From Nitrospirota bacterium (GTDB lineage Bacteria > Nitrospirota > UBA9217): a stretch of 64,000 nucleotides of DNA. Below the pieces are notes generated by a model that made no database searches, had not been told where the DNA came from, and saw only the letters and a program-made list of their open reading frames with translations. This document shows positions 10,286 through 21,151 of the stretch, one piece after another. The stretch lies in NCBI GenBank assembly GCA_963705595.1, contig CAVPKD010000004.1, positions 381,819 to 445,818 on the forward strand, written 5' to 3'. How positions within the stretch are numbered: position 1 is the first letter of the stretch; the number at the start of each line of letters is the position of its first letter. The position numbers and the translations under genes were made by a program.

Positions 10286-11536
10286 ATGCTTCTACACTCG
10301 CTCTCCATACACCGCGTGAAACACGTCTCTCTGCTTTGGGCCGCTGCGCTCGCGGTCGGCCTTCTCGCCGCCTGCAGCAGCTCTGACTCGCCGCCCACTC
10401 AGACCCCACTTGCGTGCGCAGGAAAGGCAGTGCCGGGGCTGGCCTCGCACCTTCTCGTGGGGTTCTCTGGCTCGGACGTGACAGCCGCGAAGCCTGGCTT
10501 TGACCTTCGCTACCAGTACCTCGCGGGCAGCATTCCCGCGGACGTGAGCTGCACGCCCTGCTCGAATTGCGGAGTAGGAAGCAATTGGTGGGGCTGCTGG
10601 CAGGAGATGAACAGGGAACCGGGCCTCTTTGTGCAGCGGTTCATCGCCACGGCAGAGCAGAACAGCCTCATCCCCATGTTCACCTATTACCTCATCCTGC
10701 CCGCGAGCGGAGTGGCAGAAGGTGCGTCCGAAGTGACGTCCGCGGCGCGCGATACGACCTTCATGGCCCGCTACTTTAACGACTTCCGTTTTTTCCTCCA
10801 GCAGATCGGGACCCACAAGGCCATCGTCCATATCGAGCCTGATTTTTGGGGCTATGCTCAGCAGGCAGCTCGCGCTGCTGCGACGGACGCACACGGACTC
10901 CTTGCTGCGGTCGCGACAGCGAACCCGGCGGACTGCGCCACGCAGGAAAATTCGATCGCAGGCTTGGGCCGGTGCATGGTCGCCATGGTCCGCAAATACG
11001 CACCGAACGCCAATGTCGGCCTCCACGCGTCTCCCTGGGGCGCCGGATACGACGTGGTAGCGAACGCTGATCCAACTCTTGATGTTGCCGGCCAAGGGCA
11101 GAGCACGGCTATCTTCCTCGCAGCATGCGGTGCTTCGCAGAGCGATGTTGTGGTCGCAGACATTTCTGATCGCGATGCTGGCTATTACCAGTCCATCGGT
11201 CGGAACACCTGGCTCGACCCCACGGACCAGCAGATCCCCACCTTTGCCCAGACATTCGCGTGGTCCCGCGCCGTTTCGAACGGTGTCGGCAGACCCATTC
11301 TCTGGTGGCAGATCCCGGTTGGTAACATGGGCCTGCCGAACATCACGAACGCCTGGAAAGACAACAAAGTGGACTACTTCTTCGACCACACTGATCGCGT
11401 TGTTGCGAGCGGCGCGCTCGGCATGGCCTTCGGTTCAGGCGCCTCGGGCCAGACCACGACTGAGACGGACAACGGCAACCTTATTGGACGGGCAGCGGTG
11501 CTCAAGGCCGGCGGCAGCCAGCCTCTTTGCCCGTAA
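10286..11536 (+). CDS. Secreted lipoprotein, possible glycoside-hydrolase-like TIM barrel
   Basis: Lipobox LLAAC; aromatic-rich; HIEPDFWG and WWQIPVGN motifs; Cys cluster CTPCSNC. Confidence 0.6.
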   Translation: MLLHSLSIHRVKHVSLLWAAALAVGLLAACSSSDSPPTQTPLACAGKAVPGLASHLLVGFSGSDVTAAKPGFDLRYQYLAGSIPADVSCTPCSNCGVGSNWWGCWQEMNREPGLFVQRFIATAEQNSLIPMFTYYLILPASGVAEGASEVTSAARDTTFMARYFNDFRFFLQQIGTHKAIVHIEPDFWGYAQQAARAAATDAHGLLAAVATANPADCATQENSIAGLGRCMVAMVRKYAPNANVGLHASPWGAGYDVVANADPTLDVAGQGQSTAIFLAACGASQSDVVVADISDRDAGYYQSIGRNTWLDPTDQQIPTFAQTFAWSRAVSNGVGRPILWWQIPVGNMGLPNITNAWKDNKVDYFFDHTDRVVASGALGMAFGSGASGQTTTETDNGNLIGRAAVLKAGGSQPLCP

Positions 11537-11599
11537 ACAAGTCCCACGACTCGTCGTTGGGCCGCGGTTAGTAATCCGGTTCAGAGGAGACAATAAATC

Positions 11600-11983
11600 A
11601 TGACCGAGAGGGTCTCTTATTGTGGTTTAACCTGCCAAACCTGTCCGATCTATTTGGCAACAAGGCAGGAGGACAAAGAAGAACGAGCAAGAATGAGGAC
11701 TGAGATTGTTAAACTGTGTAAAAACCATTACGGGATAAATTATAAGGTGGAAGACATCACTGACTGTGACGGTTGTCACACAGAAGGAGAGAGACGATTT
11801 TCAGCAAGCAAGAACTGCCCCATTCGGAAGTGCGCGAGGGAGAAGGAGCTTGAAAACTGTGCATATTGCACTGAATATGCCTGTGGTAAGCTTGAAGCAT
11901 TCATCAAAACGGATCCAACGGCCAAGGCACGCCTGGACGCAGTAAGGGATAGCATTCTGCGGAACGATGAAAAGGCATTGTAA
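11600..11983 (+). CDS. DUF3795-type Cys-rich protein
   Basis: YCGLTCQTCP, CDGC, CPIRKCA, CAYCTEYAC; AGGAG RBS. Confidence 0.8.
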   Translation: MTERVSYCGLTCQTCPIYLATRQEDKEERARMRTEIVKLCKNHYGINYKVEDITDCDGCHTEGERRFSASKNCPIRKCAREKELENCAYCTEYACGKLEAFIKTDPTAKARLDAVRDSILRNDEKAL

Positions 11984-12137
11984 TATTGGCTGTTGCTGCC
12001 ATACCTTCGCATGACGGCTGACCGGTGCCTCGCACCATAGGATATGCTGGCCGCGCCAGCGAAGTCATGGGCCGGCCTCATTTCCAGCCCCGCACCTGCT
12101 GCTCGTACGGAGTGTCCTTCCGTCTTTTTTCATCCCA

Positions 12138-13517
12138 TCAGGCCATCAACTCCTTGATGTGTTTGATCACGTCGCTGATGACCTGCTGCGCACTGCCGTA
12201 GAGCATGCGCGTGTTGTCGGCGTAGAAGAGCGCGTTCTCGATGCCTGAATAGCCGGCGCCTTTGCCGCGTTTGATCACGATCACGGTATGCGCACGGTCA
12301 GCATTGAGGATCGGCATGCCGTAGATCGGGCTCGCTTTTTCAGTTCTCGCGGCCGGGTTTACCACGTCGTTGGCTCCGATGACCAGCGCCACGTCGGTCT
12401 GAGCAAACTCTTCATTAATCTCCTCCAGATCAAAGATCCTGTCGTACGGCACGCCGGCCTCGGCGAGCAGTACATTCATATGCCCCGGCATCCGCCCTGC
12501 GACGGGATGAATGGCGAATTTGACCCTGACACCCGCCTCCTCCAACAGCTCACTCATCTCCTTGACCTTGTGTTGGGCCTGGCCCACGGCCATGCCGTAG
12601 CCCGGCACGATGATCACCTTCTGCGCATAGCGAAGAACAGACGCTGCGTCCAGGGCGGAGACTTCCTTCAGCGTCCCGACGATGCCTGGCCCACCTGTTT
12701 GGGCCTCGCCGGTTATCGGCTTGAACAGGATGTTGGTCAGCGGCCGGTTCATGGCCCTGGCCATCAGCTGGGTGAGAAGCGTACCTGCCGAGCCGACCAC
12801 AATGCCGGCGATGATAAGCGCAGGATTGTTCAGCACGTAGCCCTCGAAGCCCACTGCGAGGCCCGTTAACGCGTTAAAGAGCGATATCACCACGGGCATG
12901 TCTGCGCCGCCGATCGGCATGGTGATGACCGCCCCGAGCACTAGTGCGAGTGCGAAGAAGATGAAAATCTGCAGCGTCGTGGCAGGACTCGCTGCGACGA
13001 TCCCGATGCCGCTCAAGATCGTCAGCGCGACCAAAATTATATTCATGGCGTTCTGGGCAGGCAAACGGAAAGCCTTCCGCATAATGCTCTGCAGCTTGGC
13101 AAAGGCAACCAGGGAGCCTGAGAACGATATTGTCCCGATCAGGCCGCCCAGGGTCGCAAGCGCCGCGACCAGCGGAACGTGCGTTTCTCCTTTGGCGAGC
13201 TCGATTGCTGCAATCGCCGCAGCAGCGCCGCCGCCCATGCCGTTGTAAAGGGCGACCATCTGAGGCATGTCGGTCATCCTGACAACCTTACCTGACCACC
13301 ACGAAAGGCTACCGCCCAGAGCGAGGGCGATCACCATCAGCGCATAGTTGCCCATGCCGGGCCAGGCGAAGGTGACTAGGGTCGCCAGCACCATGCCTAC
13401 GCCCGACCACATGATGCCGCGCCGTGCCGTCACGGGCGACGACATGCCTTTGAGACCCAGGATGAATAAGAGCGCCACGACGAAGTAGCACGCACTGATC
13501 ATGATTTTCGCGTTCAT
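12138..13517 (-). CDS. pntB: NAD(P) transhydrogenase subunit beta
   Basis: VPGYGMAVGQAQ, HPVAGRMPGHMNVLLAEA, GANDVVNPAA; ATGA overlap with the upstream gene. Confidence 0.95.
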   Translation of the reverse strand: MNAKIMISACYFVVALLFILGLKGMSSPVTARRGIMWSGVGMVLATLVTFAWPGMGNYALMVIALALGGSLSWWSGKVVRMTDMPQMVALYNGMGGGAAAAIAAIELAKGETHVPLVAALATLGGLIGTISFSGSLVAFAKLQSIMRKAFRLPAQNAMNIILVALTILSGIGIVAASPATTLQIFIFFALALVLGAVITMPIGGADMPVVISLFNALTGLAVGFEGYVLNNPALIIAGIVVGSAGTLLTQLMARAMNRPLTNILFKPITGEAQTGGPGIVGTLKEVSALDAASVLRYAQKVIIVPGYGMAVGQAQHKVKEMSELLEEAGVRVKFAIHPVAGRMPGHMNVLLAEAGVPYDRIFDLEEINEEFAQTDVALVIGANDVVNPAARTEKASPIYGMPILNADRAHTVIVIKRGKGAGYSGIENALFYADNTRMLYGSAQQVISDVIKHIKELMA

Positions 13518-13801
13518 TTGGTGTCCTTCTTGCTCTTGAACATGGCGAGCATGCGTTCTGTGACCACGTAGCCGCCAGCGGCGTTGGCCGCGCCAAGCAG
13601 CACGGCGATGAAGCCGATCGTCTGCTCGAGGGGGGTCTGCGCCTGGCCCAGAGCGACCATGGCGCCCACCAGAACTACACCGTGCACGAAGTTCGAGCCG
13701 GACATGAGCGGCGTGTGCAGGATCACGGGTACGCGCGAGATTACTTCGTAGCCGGTAAATGCCGCCAGCATGAAAATGTAGAGCGCAGCGAAACCTTCCA
13801 T
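13514..13801 (-). CDS. pntAb: NAD(P) transhydrogenase subunit alpha part 2 (membrane)
   Basis: VISRVPVILHTPLMSGSN, GGYVVTERMLAMFK. Confidence 0.93.
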   Translation of the reverse strand: MEGFAALYIFMLAAFTGYEVISRVPVILHTPLMSGSNFVHGVVLVGAMVALGQAQTPLEQTIGFIAVLLGAANAAGGYVVTERMLAMFKSKKDTK

Positions 13802-13958
13802 CAGGCACCTCCCAGACTCAAATAAGCCGGAATCAGAAAGACTCGAACCGCGAAGACGCACAGTAGGCGAATGTTTTACAAGCATCGAGATGATATTTTA
13901 GGATTTTCTTAGCGACCATGGCGCCTTTGCGTAAATTTTCTTTTTTTTGAAAACAAAT

Positions 13959-15086
13959 TCAAAGTTGTTCCAATGCTTTCCTCACGCCTTCGTGGCGGAC
14001 CAGTCCTTCGTGAGTAAAGACGCTTGCCGCGATGACCTCGTCGCTCCAGTCGAGTGCGAGCTCGCCATCCTTGATGATGGGCGAGAGGAAGTTGAACAGG
14101 TTCCTCGCGTACATCTCCGAGGCATGCACCGGCATGCGCGACGCAAGATTGATGGTACCCACGATGCTGACGCCTCCCTTGACCACGGTCTCACCGGGAC
14201 GCGTGCCGACAACGTTGCCGCCGACATCCGCGGCCATGTCCACGATGACCGCACCCGGCTTCATGCGCGCGACCATGTCCTCGGTGATGATGATGGGGCT
14301 CCTCTTGCCGGGGACCGCCGCGGTGGTGATCAGCACGTCCACCTGCGAGACAGCTTTTGTCAGCCTTTCCTGTTGAAACATCCGTTCATCCTCTGTCAGT
14401 TCCCGCGCATAGCCGCCTGTACCTACCACGGCCACGCCCGTGTCGACGAACCGCGCGCCGAGGGATTCGACCTGTTCCTTGGTCTCGGGGCGCACGTCAT
14501 AGGCCTCGACGATAGCGCCGAGGCGGTGGGCGGTCGCGATGGCCTGGAGCCCCGCGACTCCTGCGCCGATCACCAGCACCCGCGCAGGGCGCAGCGTGCC
14601 AGCGGCATAGGTTATCATGGGGAAAAATTTCGGGGATATTACGCCAGCGATCAGTGCGCACTGGTAGCCTGCCACCGTGGCCTGGGTGGATAGGGCGTCC
14701 ATACTCTGGGCACGGGAGATGCGCGGGATCAACTCGACGGCGAAGCTCGTGATGTTGCGTTCACACAACAGGTTTGCCCGCTCCCGGTCCTGGTAGGGAT
14801 GCAGGAAACCGATGAGCACCGTGCCGGGCTGCACGAGCCGGACCTCGTCCAGTGTCGGCGGCTGCACCCTCAAGATGATCCGGGACCGGGCGGACACCTC
14901 AGCGCTGCTCACGGCGATGCTTGCGGCGCCGAAGTCCTCGTCGCGGAAATAGCTGCCCGTGCCGGCACTGCGCTCCATGCAGACATCGACTCCGAGGGAC
15001 TTGAACTTTTTGACCACATCCGGCACGACGGCCACACGCCGCTCGCCCGGGGCCGTCTCCTTTGGCACGCCAATCACAAGAGGCAC
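13959..15086 (-). CDS. pntAa: NAD(P) transhydrogenase subunit alpha part 1 (NAD-binding)
   Basis: GVPKET..ERRVA, PRISRAQSMDALS, GAGVAGLQAIATA. Confidence 0.95.
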   Translation of the reverse strand: MPLVIGVPKETAPGERRVAVVPDVVKKFKSLGVDVCMERSAGTGSYFRDEDFGAASIAVSSAEVSARSRIILRVQPPTLDEVRLVQPGTVLIGFLHPYQDRERANLLCERNITSFAVELIPRISRAQSMDALSTQATVAGYQCALIAGVISPKFFPMITYAAGTLRPARVLVIGAGVAGLQAIATAHRLGAIVEAYDVRPETKEQVESLGARFVDTGVAVVGTGGYARELTEDERMFQQERLTKAVSQVDVLITTAAVPGKRSPIIITEDMVARMKPGAVIVDMAADVGGNVVGTRPGETVVKGGVSIVGTINLASRMPVHASEMYARNLFNFLSPIIKDGELALDWSDEVIAASVFTHEGLVRHEGVRKALEQL

Positions 15087-15274
15087 GACACCCTCCCTTT
15101 CCTTTATTGTATCTTCAGGGGATTGAAATTATTTAAAACCTGTGGAATCGCAAATCCTCTTTTATTATATCATTGTTCCATTCAATTGCTACAGTCCAGC
15201 GCCGTTCTCAAGCGATTTCTCCCCCTTGCTTTTTCTTCCGTCCTGCACTATGTTTTCTATAGAGGAAGCTGATC

Positions 15275-18200
15275 ATGACAGCAACCAGCCTCGCATTTTA
15301 TCATCCCCTCATCCAACAGTGGTTTTCGGAAAAAGTGGGGACTCCCACCGACATCCAGACGAAGGCCTGGCCGGAGATCATGCAGGGGAGGCATGTGCTT
15401 GTGACGGCACCCACGGGAAGCGGCAAGACCCTCGCGGCTTTTCTGTGGGGTCTAAATCAGCTTATCGTGGGCGCCTGGCCTCAGGGAAAGGTGCGCGTGC
15501 TCTATGTCTCTCCGCTCAAGGCCCTGAACAATGACGTCCAGCATAACCTTCTTCAGCCCTTGAGGGAGCTGCGGGATCATTTCTTCCGGGCTGGGGTCCC
15601 TTTCCCCGGAATCAATGTGCAGACGCGGAGCGGAGATACGCCAGGGGAAGAACGCCGAAAGATGGTCCGGAGACCGCCGGAGATCCTTATCACCACGCCT
15701 GAGTCGCTCAATCTCCTCCTCAGTTCACGGAGCGGCCGCAGCATGCTCACCGGACTTGCAATGGTCATTCTCGATGAAATCCACGCTGTTGTCGGCACCA
15801 AGCGGGGGACGCATCTCATAACTGCCGTAGACCGTCTCGTGCCGCTCTCCGGCGAATTTCAGCGCATTGCGCTATCGGCCACGGTCAACCCTCCGGAAAG
15901 GGTTGCGGAGTTTGTCGGAGGGTACCGACAGATCGGGAAGGGCAAGGATAGCCACTACGAAAAGCGTCCTGTCTCGATCATCAGGTCCCGCGAGGCGAAG
16001 GCTTATGAGCTGCGCGTGTCTTACCCCTCCGAAGAATTCGAGACAGTCACCGGCGGTTCCGTGTGGCCGGCGCTGATCCATGCATTCAAGAAAATCATTC
16101 ATGAGCACAGCTCCACGCTCTTTTTTGCCAACAGCCGCAGAACCACGGAGAAAGTGACGCGCCTCATCAATGAAACAGAAACGGAAGAGCTCGCCTATGC
16201 GCACCACGGCTCGCTGTCTCGCGAGATACGGCTTGCCGTGGAGAAGAAGCTCAAGAACGGTGAGCTCAGGGCAATCGTCGCCACGAACTCGCTCGAGCTC
16301 GGCATCGACATCGGAAGCCTGGATCAGGTTGTGCTTATCCAGACACCGCGGGCCGTTTCCTCGACTCTGCAGCGCATCGGACGTTCCGGCCATTCGGTGG
16401 GGGAGACGAGCAGCGGCCTGCTCTTCCCGACGCACGGCCGGGACTTTGTGGACGCGGCGGTGATGGCGCGGGCGGTCCTGGACCAGGATATTGAAGAGGC
16501 CCGGCAGGTGGAGGCGCCGCTCGACGTGCTGGCGCAGGTCATTCTCTCGATGACCGCGATGGAACGATGGGTCATTGACGACCTGTATGCGTTCCTCAAA
16601 GCCAGCTATCCGTACCGGGAGCTCCCTCGGAAACATTTCGACCTGGTGATCGAGATGCTCGCCGGCAGGTACGCGGACACGCGGCTCCGGGAGTTGAAAG
16701 CACGCGTCTCTCTCGACCGGATTGACAATACAATCCAGGCGCACAGCGAGGCGGCCTATCTCATCTATACCTCAGGCGGGACCATCCCGGAGCGGGGCTA
16801 CTTCGATCTGCGGCTCAAGGACACCCATGCCAAGATCGGCGATCTGGACGAGGAATTCGTGTGGGAACGTTCGATCGGCGAGACCTTCACCCTCGGTTCC
16901 CAGCTCTGGCGCATCGAAAAGATCACGCATAACGATGTGGAAGTAGTGCCTGCGCGCTCTGCCACCGGCATTTTCCCGTTCTGGAGTGCTGAAGAACAGG
17001 ACCGCGATTTTCATCTTTCCGAAAAGATCGGCCTCTTTCTTGAGCGGGCGGACAGGCGCATTGATCTTCCCGATTTCAAACAAGAGCTGATGAACGCGCA
17101 CGCTATGCAAGAGACGGCTGCCGACGAGCTCATCGGGTTCCTGAAAATGCAGAAAGAGGCCACCGGCAGCAGTCTTCCTCACCGCCATCATCTTCTGATC
17201 GAGCATGTCGAAGATCCCGTGGGCCGGGGTGACTTCAAGCAGGTGATCCTGCACACGTTCTGGGGGGGCAGGGTGAACCGGCCTTTCGCGCTGGCATTGG
17301 CCGAGGCATGGGAAGAAAAGGAGCGAAAGCCGCTCCAGGTCATCGAGGATGACGACGCTGTTTTTCTTATGCTTCCCCACGAGTTCCGATCTCAGGACCT
17401 CTTATCTCTTGTCAGGCCGGAGAACGTCGAGACATTGCTCCGCAGAAAGCTGGAGAAGACCGGGTTCTTCGGCGCCCGGTTCCGGGAGAACGCGGAGCGG
17501 GCACTCCTGCTTCCGAAATCGAGCTTCAAGCGCAGAATGCCGCTCTGGCTCATCCGCCTCCGGTCCAAGGAACTGCTCGAAGCCGTGCGGCGCTATGAGG
17601 ACTTTCCGCTCCTCCTCGAAACGTGGCGAACATGCCTTGAGGATGAGTTCGATCTCAAAAACCTGAAATCGGTGCTCGAAGAGGTCCGAAATCGAGTCAT
17701 CCATGTAAGCGAGACCGTGACCCGCTCCGCCTCGCCGTTTGCCGGCCATCTCGTCTGGAAACAGACGAACAAGTACATGTATGAGGACGATACGCCGCTT
17801 CTTGCCAAGGAATCGGCGCTCCGACCCGACCTGATCAAGGAGCTCTTGTTCTCCTCACACCTGCGTCCGAAAATTCCAACGGAACTGATGCGAGTTCTTG
17901 ACGAAAAGCTGAAGCGTACGGCCCCTGGATATCCGCCGGGCTCGGCGCTGGAGCTTCTCGACTGGGTGAAGGAACGGGTACTCATCCCCGAGCCGGAGTG
18001 GAAAGAGCTCGCTGCTGCGATCCGCAGGGACTACGATGCGGACGCTCCAGAGTGGCTCAGGCAGAACGGAAAGAAGCTTGCCTGGATCTCCTGGCCGGGC
18101 GTCAGGCATCCGCTTCTCAGCGGTCTGGAAATGCTCCCCAAAGTGCTTGTTGCTTTCCGCCTGCTCCTTGACGATATCTCTATGGAGCCGGTTTCTCGCG

Positions 18201-19747
18201 AGGAGAATGCAGAGACCCTTAAGCGCCGCATCAGGACCTTTCTCCGTGAGACGCCCGAGGCCATTGCGCCGCCTGAGGAGTACGATCTTCCCGCATTTCT
18301 CTCTGCTTGGCTGGCCTTCTACGGCCCAGTGGACAAAGAAAGCGTGAAGCACCTCCTGGGCGTCACCGCGGAGCGTTTCGATGAGGCGATCGAACCGCTT
18401 ATAGAGGCGCAGGACCTGGTCATGGACCGGTTCGGCGAAGAGAGCACATGGATCGAGATCTGCGACAGCGAAAATCTCGAAATGCTTTTGCGGATGGCGC
18501 GCAGGTATCGCCAGCCTTCTTTCCATGCGCTCCCCGTGGAGCAGCTCCCCTTGTTTTTATCGTCCTTCCAGGGTATCACGCCCCGGGGAGAATCAATGGA
18601 TGATCTTCAGCAGCGGCTGGAGCAGCTTTTTGGATGGCCTGCCCGCGTGGAAGCGTGGGAAGAATATCTTCTTCCTGCCCGGCTGCAGCCTTACCGGAGC
18701 TCGTGGCTTGACAGCCTCATGGCATCCAGTGATCTTGTCTGGTTCGGCTGCGGTGAGCGGCGCATCAGCCTGTCCTTCAATCAGGACCTCGAGCTCTTCC
18801 GGCCGTCCGATGAGGTTGAACGTTCCGAGGCGACATCCGAACTGGACCATTTGATCCCCGACCGGCGGGGCAGGTACAGCTTTCTGGAGATCGCTGATTT
18901 TTCGCATCTGGACAGTGTTACGGCGACGGAGCGGCTCTGGAAACAGGCGTGGAAGGGGAGCGTCACGAGCGATACGTTCCGGACGATCAGAAAAGGTGTC
19001 ATGACCCGGTTCACGGCACAGGCATTTGCCGGGGATGAACGATTGACCTCCCGCCGGTCCGGGTTCGACCGCTGGAAGGTCTCGCGGCCCCTGGAAGGGC
19101 ACTGGCGCCGAATAGACTCGCACGTCGAAGGGCGGGACATTCTGGGAGAAGAGGAACTGGTGAAGGACCGTATCCGGCAGCTTCTCAGGCGGTATGGCAT
19201 CCTGTTCCGCGAGCTGCTGGTGAATGAGCTGCCACCCCTTCAGTGGCGCGCAGTTTTCAGGTCCCTCCGTTTGATGGAACTTTCGGGCGAGGTTCTGTCC
19301 GGTTATTTTTTCCAGGGTATTTCGGGTCCCCAATTCATCTCTCACGAGGCCTTCCGAGTGCTCCAGGACCCCCTTCCACAGGACGCTGTCTTCTGGGTCA
19401 ATGCAGCCGACACCGCGTCCCTCTGCGGTCTTACGCTCGAATCATTGCAGGGCCTTCCTCCACGCATCCCCTCCACCCACCTGGTCTATCACGGGAGCAG
19501 GCTGGTGATGATTTCAAAGCGCCTCGGAAAAAATCTGGAAATCCTCGAAGCACCTGACAATGCCCACCTTCCAGGTTACTTCATGCTGTTCAAGGATCTG
19601 CTCAGTCGTGAGTTCAATCCGGTGCAGAAGATCAGCGTCGAAACAATTAACGGAGCGCCTGCTTTCCGAAGCCCATATGCGGAGGCGCTGAAACAAATCG
19701 GATTCCGTTCCTCAAGAACGGGACTGGAGCTTTGGAAACAATTTTAA
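15275..19747 (+). CDS. lhr: Lhr-family long SF2 helicase with C-terminal winged-helix/glycosylase-like region
   Basis: APTGSGKT, DEIH, SAT, HHGSLS, SLELGIDIG, QRIGRSGH, GGTIPERG, LDEEFVWE, QLLRRYGILFRE; 1490 aa. Confidence 0.9.
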   Translation: MTATSLAFYHPLIQQWFSEKVGTPTDIQTKAWPEIMQGRHVLVTAPTGSGKTLAAFLWGLNQLIVGAWPQGKVRVLYVSPLKALNNDVQHNLLQPLRELRDHFFRAGVPFPGINVQTRSGDTPGEERRKMVRRPPEILITTPESLNLLLSSRSGRSMLTGLAMVILDEIHAVVGTKRGTHLITAVDRLVPLSGEFQRIALSATVNPPERVAEFVGGYRQIGKGKDSHYEKRPVSIIRSREAKAYELRVSYPSEEFETVTGGSVWPALIHAFKKIIHEHSSTLFFANSRRTTEKVTRLINETETEELAYAHHGSLSREIRLAVEKKLKNGELRAIVATNSLELGIDIGSLDQVVLIQTPRAVSSTLQRIGRSGHSVGETSSGLLFPTHGRDFVDAAVMARAVLDQDIEEARQVEAPLDVLAQVILSMTAMERWVIDDLYAFLKASYPYRELPRKHFDLVIEMLAGRYADTRLRELKARVSLDRIDNTIQAHSEAAYLIYTSGGTIPERGYFDLRLKDTHAKIGDLDEEFVWERSIGETFTLGSQLWRIEKITHNDVEVVPARSATGIFPFWSAEEQDRDFHLSEKIGLFLERADRRIDLPDFKQELMNAHAMQETAADELIGFLKMQKEATGSSLPHRHHLLIEHVEDPVGRGDFKQVILHTFWGGRVNRPFALALAEAWEEKERKPLQVIEDDDAVFLMLPHEFRSQDLLSLVRPENVETLLRRKLEKTGFFGARFRENAERALLLPKSSFKRRMPLWLIRLRSKELLEAVRRYEDFPLLLETWRTCLEDEFDLKNLKSVLEEVRNRVIHVSETVTRSASPFAGHLVWKQTNKYMYEDDTPLLAKESALRPDLIKELLFSSHLRPKIPTELMRVLDEKLKRTAPGYPPGSALELLDWVKERVLIPEPEWKELAAAIRRDYDADAPEWLRQNGKKLAWISWPGVRHPLLSGLEMLPKVLVAFRLLLDDISMEPVSREENAETLKRRIRTFLRETPEAIAPPEEYDLPAFLSAWLAFYGPVDKESVKHLLGVTAERFDEAIEPLIEAQDLVMDRFGEESTWIEICDSENLEMLLRMARRYRQPSFHALPVEQLPLFLSSFQGITPRGESMDDLQQRLEQLFGWPARVEAWEEYLLPARLQPYRSSWLDSLMASSDLVWFGCGERRISLSFNQDLELFRPSDEVERSEATSELDHLIPDRRGRYSFLEIADFSHLDSVTATERLWKQAWKGSVTSDTFRTIRKGVMTRFTAQAFAGDERLTSRRSGFDRWKVSRPLEGHWRRIDSHVEGRDILGEEELVKDRIRQLLRRYGILFRELLVNELPPLQWRAVFRSLRLMELSGEVLSGYFFQGISGPQFISHEAFRVLQDPLPQDAVFWVNAADTASLCGLTLESLQGLPPRIPSTHLVYHGSRLVMISKRLGKNLEILEAPDNAHLPGYFMLFKDLLSREFNPVQKISVETINGAPAFRSPYAEALKQIGFRSSRTGLELWKQF

Positions 19748-19917
19748 TCTATTCTAAGCCCTTCTCCGTGCATCTGTGTCTCCGTGGTGAAGAATGTAGG
19801 CTTCGATTTGTGTGGTATCCCCCCGCATTTCCCTTGATTTGCCGCTATGTTCCGGATATAATTAGATTTAGTTTCAACTTCTCCCAACCTGCCTAAACAT
19901 TTGGAGCAGTTAACCTT

Positions 19918-20151
19918 ATGGCGGAAAAAAAATTCGAGGCCGCACTTGCCCGGCTTGAAGATATCGTGAAAGAACTTGAGACAGGCGACCTCCCACTGGA
20001 GAAGTCGCTCAAACTCTTCGAAGAAGGCATAAAGCTTTCCCGTCTCTGCAATAAGCGGCTGGAAGATGCTGAACGACGGGTGGAAATACTTTTAAAAAAC
20101 AAGAACGGCACGGTCACGGCGCAGCCCTTTGAAGACCAGGAAGGGGAGTAG
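19918..20151 (+). CDS. xseB: Exodeoxyribonuclease VII small subunit
   Basis: FEAALARLEDIVKELE..LEKSLKLFEEG..C..RLEDAERRVEIL. Confidence 0.95.
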   Translation: MAEKKFEAALARLEDIVKELETGDLPLEKSLKLFEEGIKLSRLCNKRLEDAERRVEILLKNKNGTVTAQPFEDQEGE

Positions 20152-20163
20152 GTCCCTAAACTT

Positions 20164-21054
20164 ATGGACATCACATCATATCTTTCCAGGAAAAAGAACA
20201 GCGTTGACAAGACGCTTGAAAAGCTTGTGCCGCCTGCGAAGATCTTTCCATCGTCGGTCCATGAGGCCATGCGCTACAGCCTGTTTGCAGGCGGCAAGCG
20301 GGTGCGGCCAATTCTGGCCATTGCTGCTGCTGAAGCGCTTGGCGCGAAGACAGCCGGTCTGCTTCCCCTCGCGGGGACGCTGGAGCTTATCCATACGTAT
20401 TCCCTGATCCATGACGACCTTCCTGCCATGGATGACGACGACTTCAGGCGGGGGAGACCTACCTGTCACAAGGTATATGGCGAGGCCATTGCCATCCTTG
20501 CAGGCGACGGTTTATTGAACATGGCCTTCGAAGTTCTGTCCGATCCCCGTCGGCTGAAGTCTGTTCCTGCGAAAAGGCTCATTGCCATCATCAAGGAGAT
20601 TTCAACCGCATCCGGTGTATTCGGCATGGTGGGCGGACAGGTGGTGGATATGGAGTCCGAGGGCAAGGACATTGACTTCCCCACGCTCGAGTACATCCAT
20701 ACGCACAAGACCGGGGCGCTCATCCGCGCGTCTGTCCGGGTCGGGGCGCTCTATGCCAGGGCGGGGAAACGTCACTTTACGGCATTGACCCACTACGGAG
20801 AGATGGTGGGCCTCGCGTTCCAGATCGCTGACGACATCCTTGACATCACGGGCAAGCAGGAAGAGATCGGAAAAGACGTGGGTAGCGACATGAAAAAAGG
20901 CAAGAAGACCTTCCCGAGCTTCTACGGTCTCGAAGAATCACGGCGGAGGGCCGCGGAGGTCGTGGACAAGGCCATCACCGCCCTGAAGGATTTTGACCGG
21001 AAGGCCGACCCGCTCAGGGAGCTGGCGAAGTATATTATAAACAGGGTAAATTGA
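20164..21054 (+). CDS. ispA: Farnesyl/geranylgeranyl diphosphate synthase
   Basis: GGKRVRP, DDLPAMDDDDFRRGRPT, FQIADDILD. Confidence 0.95.
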   Translation: MDITSYLSRKKNSVDKTLEKLVPPAKIFPSSVHEAMRYSLFAGGKRVRPILAIAAAEALGAKTAGLLPLAGTLELIHTYSLIHDDLPAMDDDDFRRGRPTCHKVYGEAIAILAGDGLLNMAFEVLSDPRRLKSVPAKRLIAIIKEISTASGVFGMVGGQVVDMESEGKDIDFPTLEYIHTHKTGALIRASVRVGALYARAGKRHFTALTHYGEMVGLAFQIADDILDITGKQEEIGKDVGSDMKKGKKTFPSFYGLEESRRRAAEVVDKAITALKDFDRKADPLRELAKYIINRVN

Positions 21055-21151
21055 GTACCAAAATCCAAGGATCCAGCAAAATTGGAATTTGAACCTTGAA
21101 AATGAATTGGCGTTTGGAATTTGTTATTTGGTATTTCCAGTGAGGTATGCC

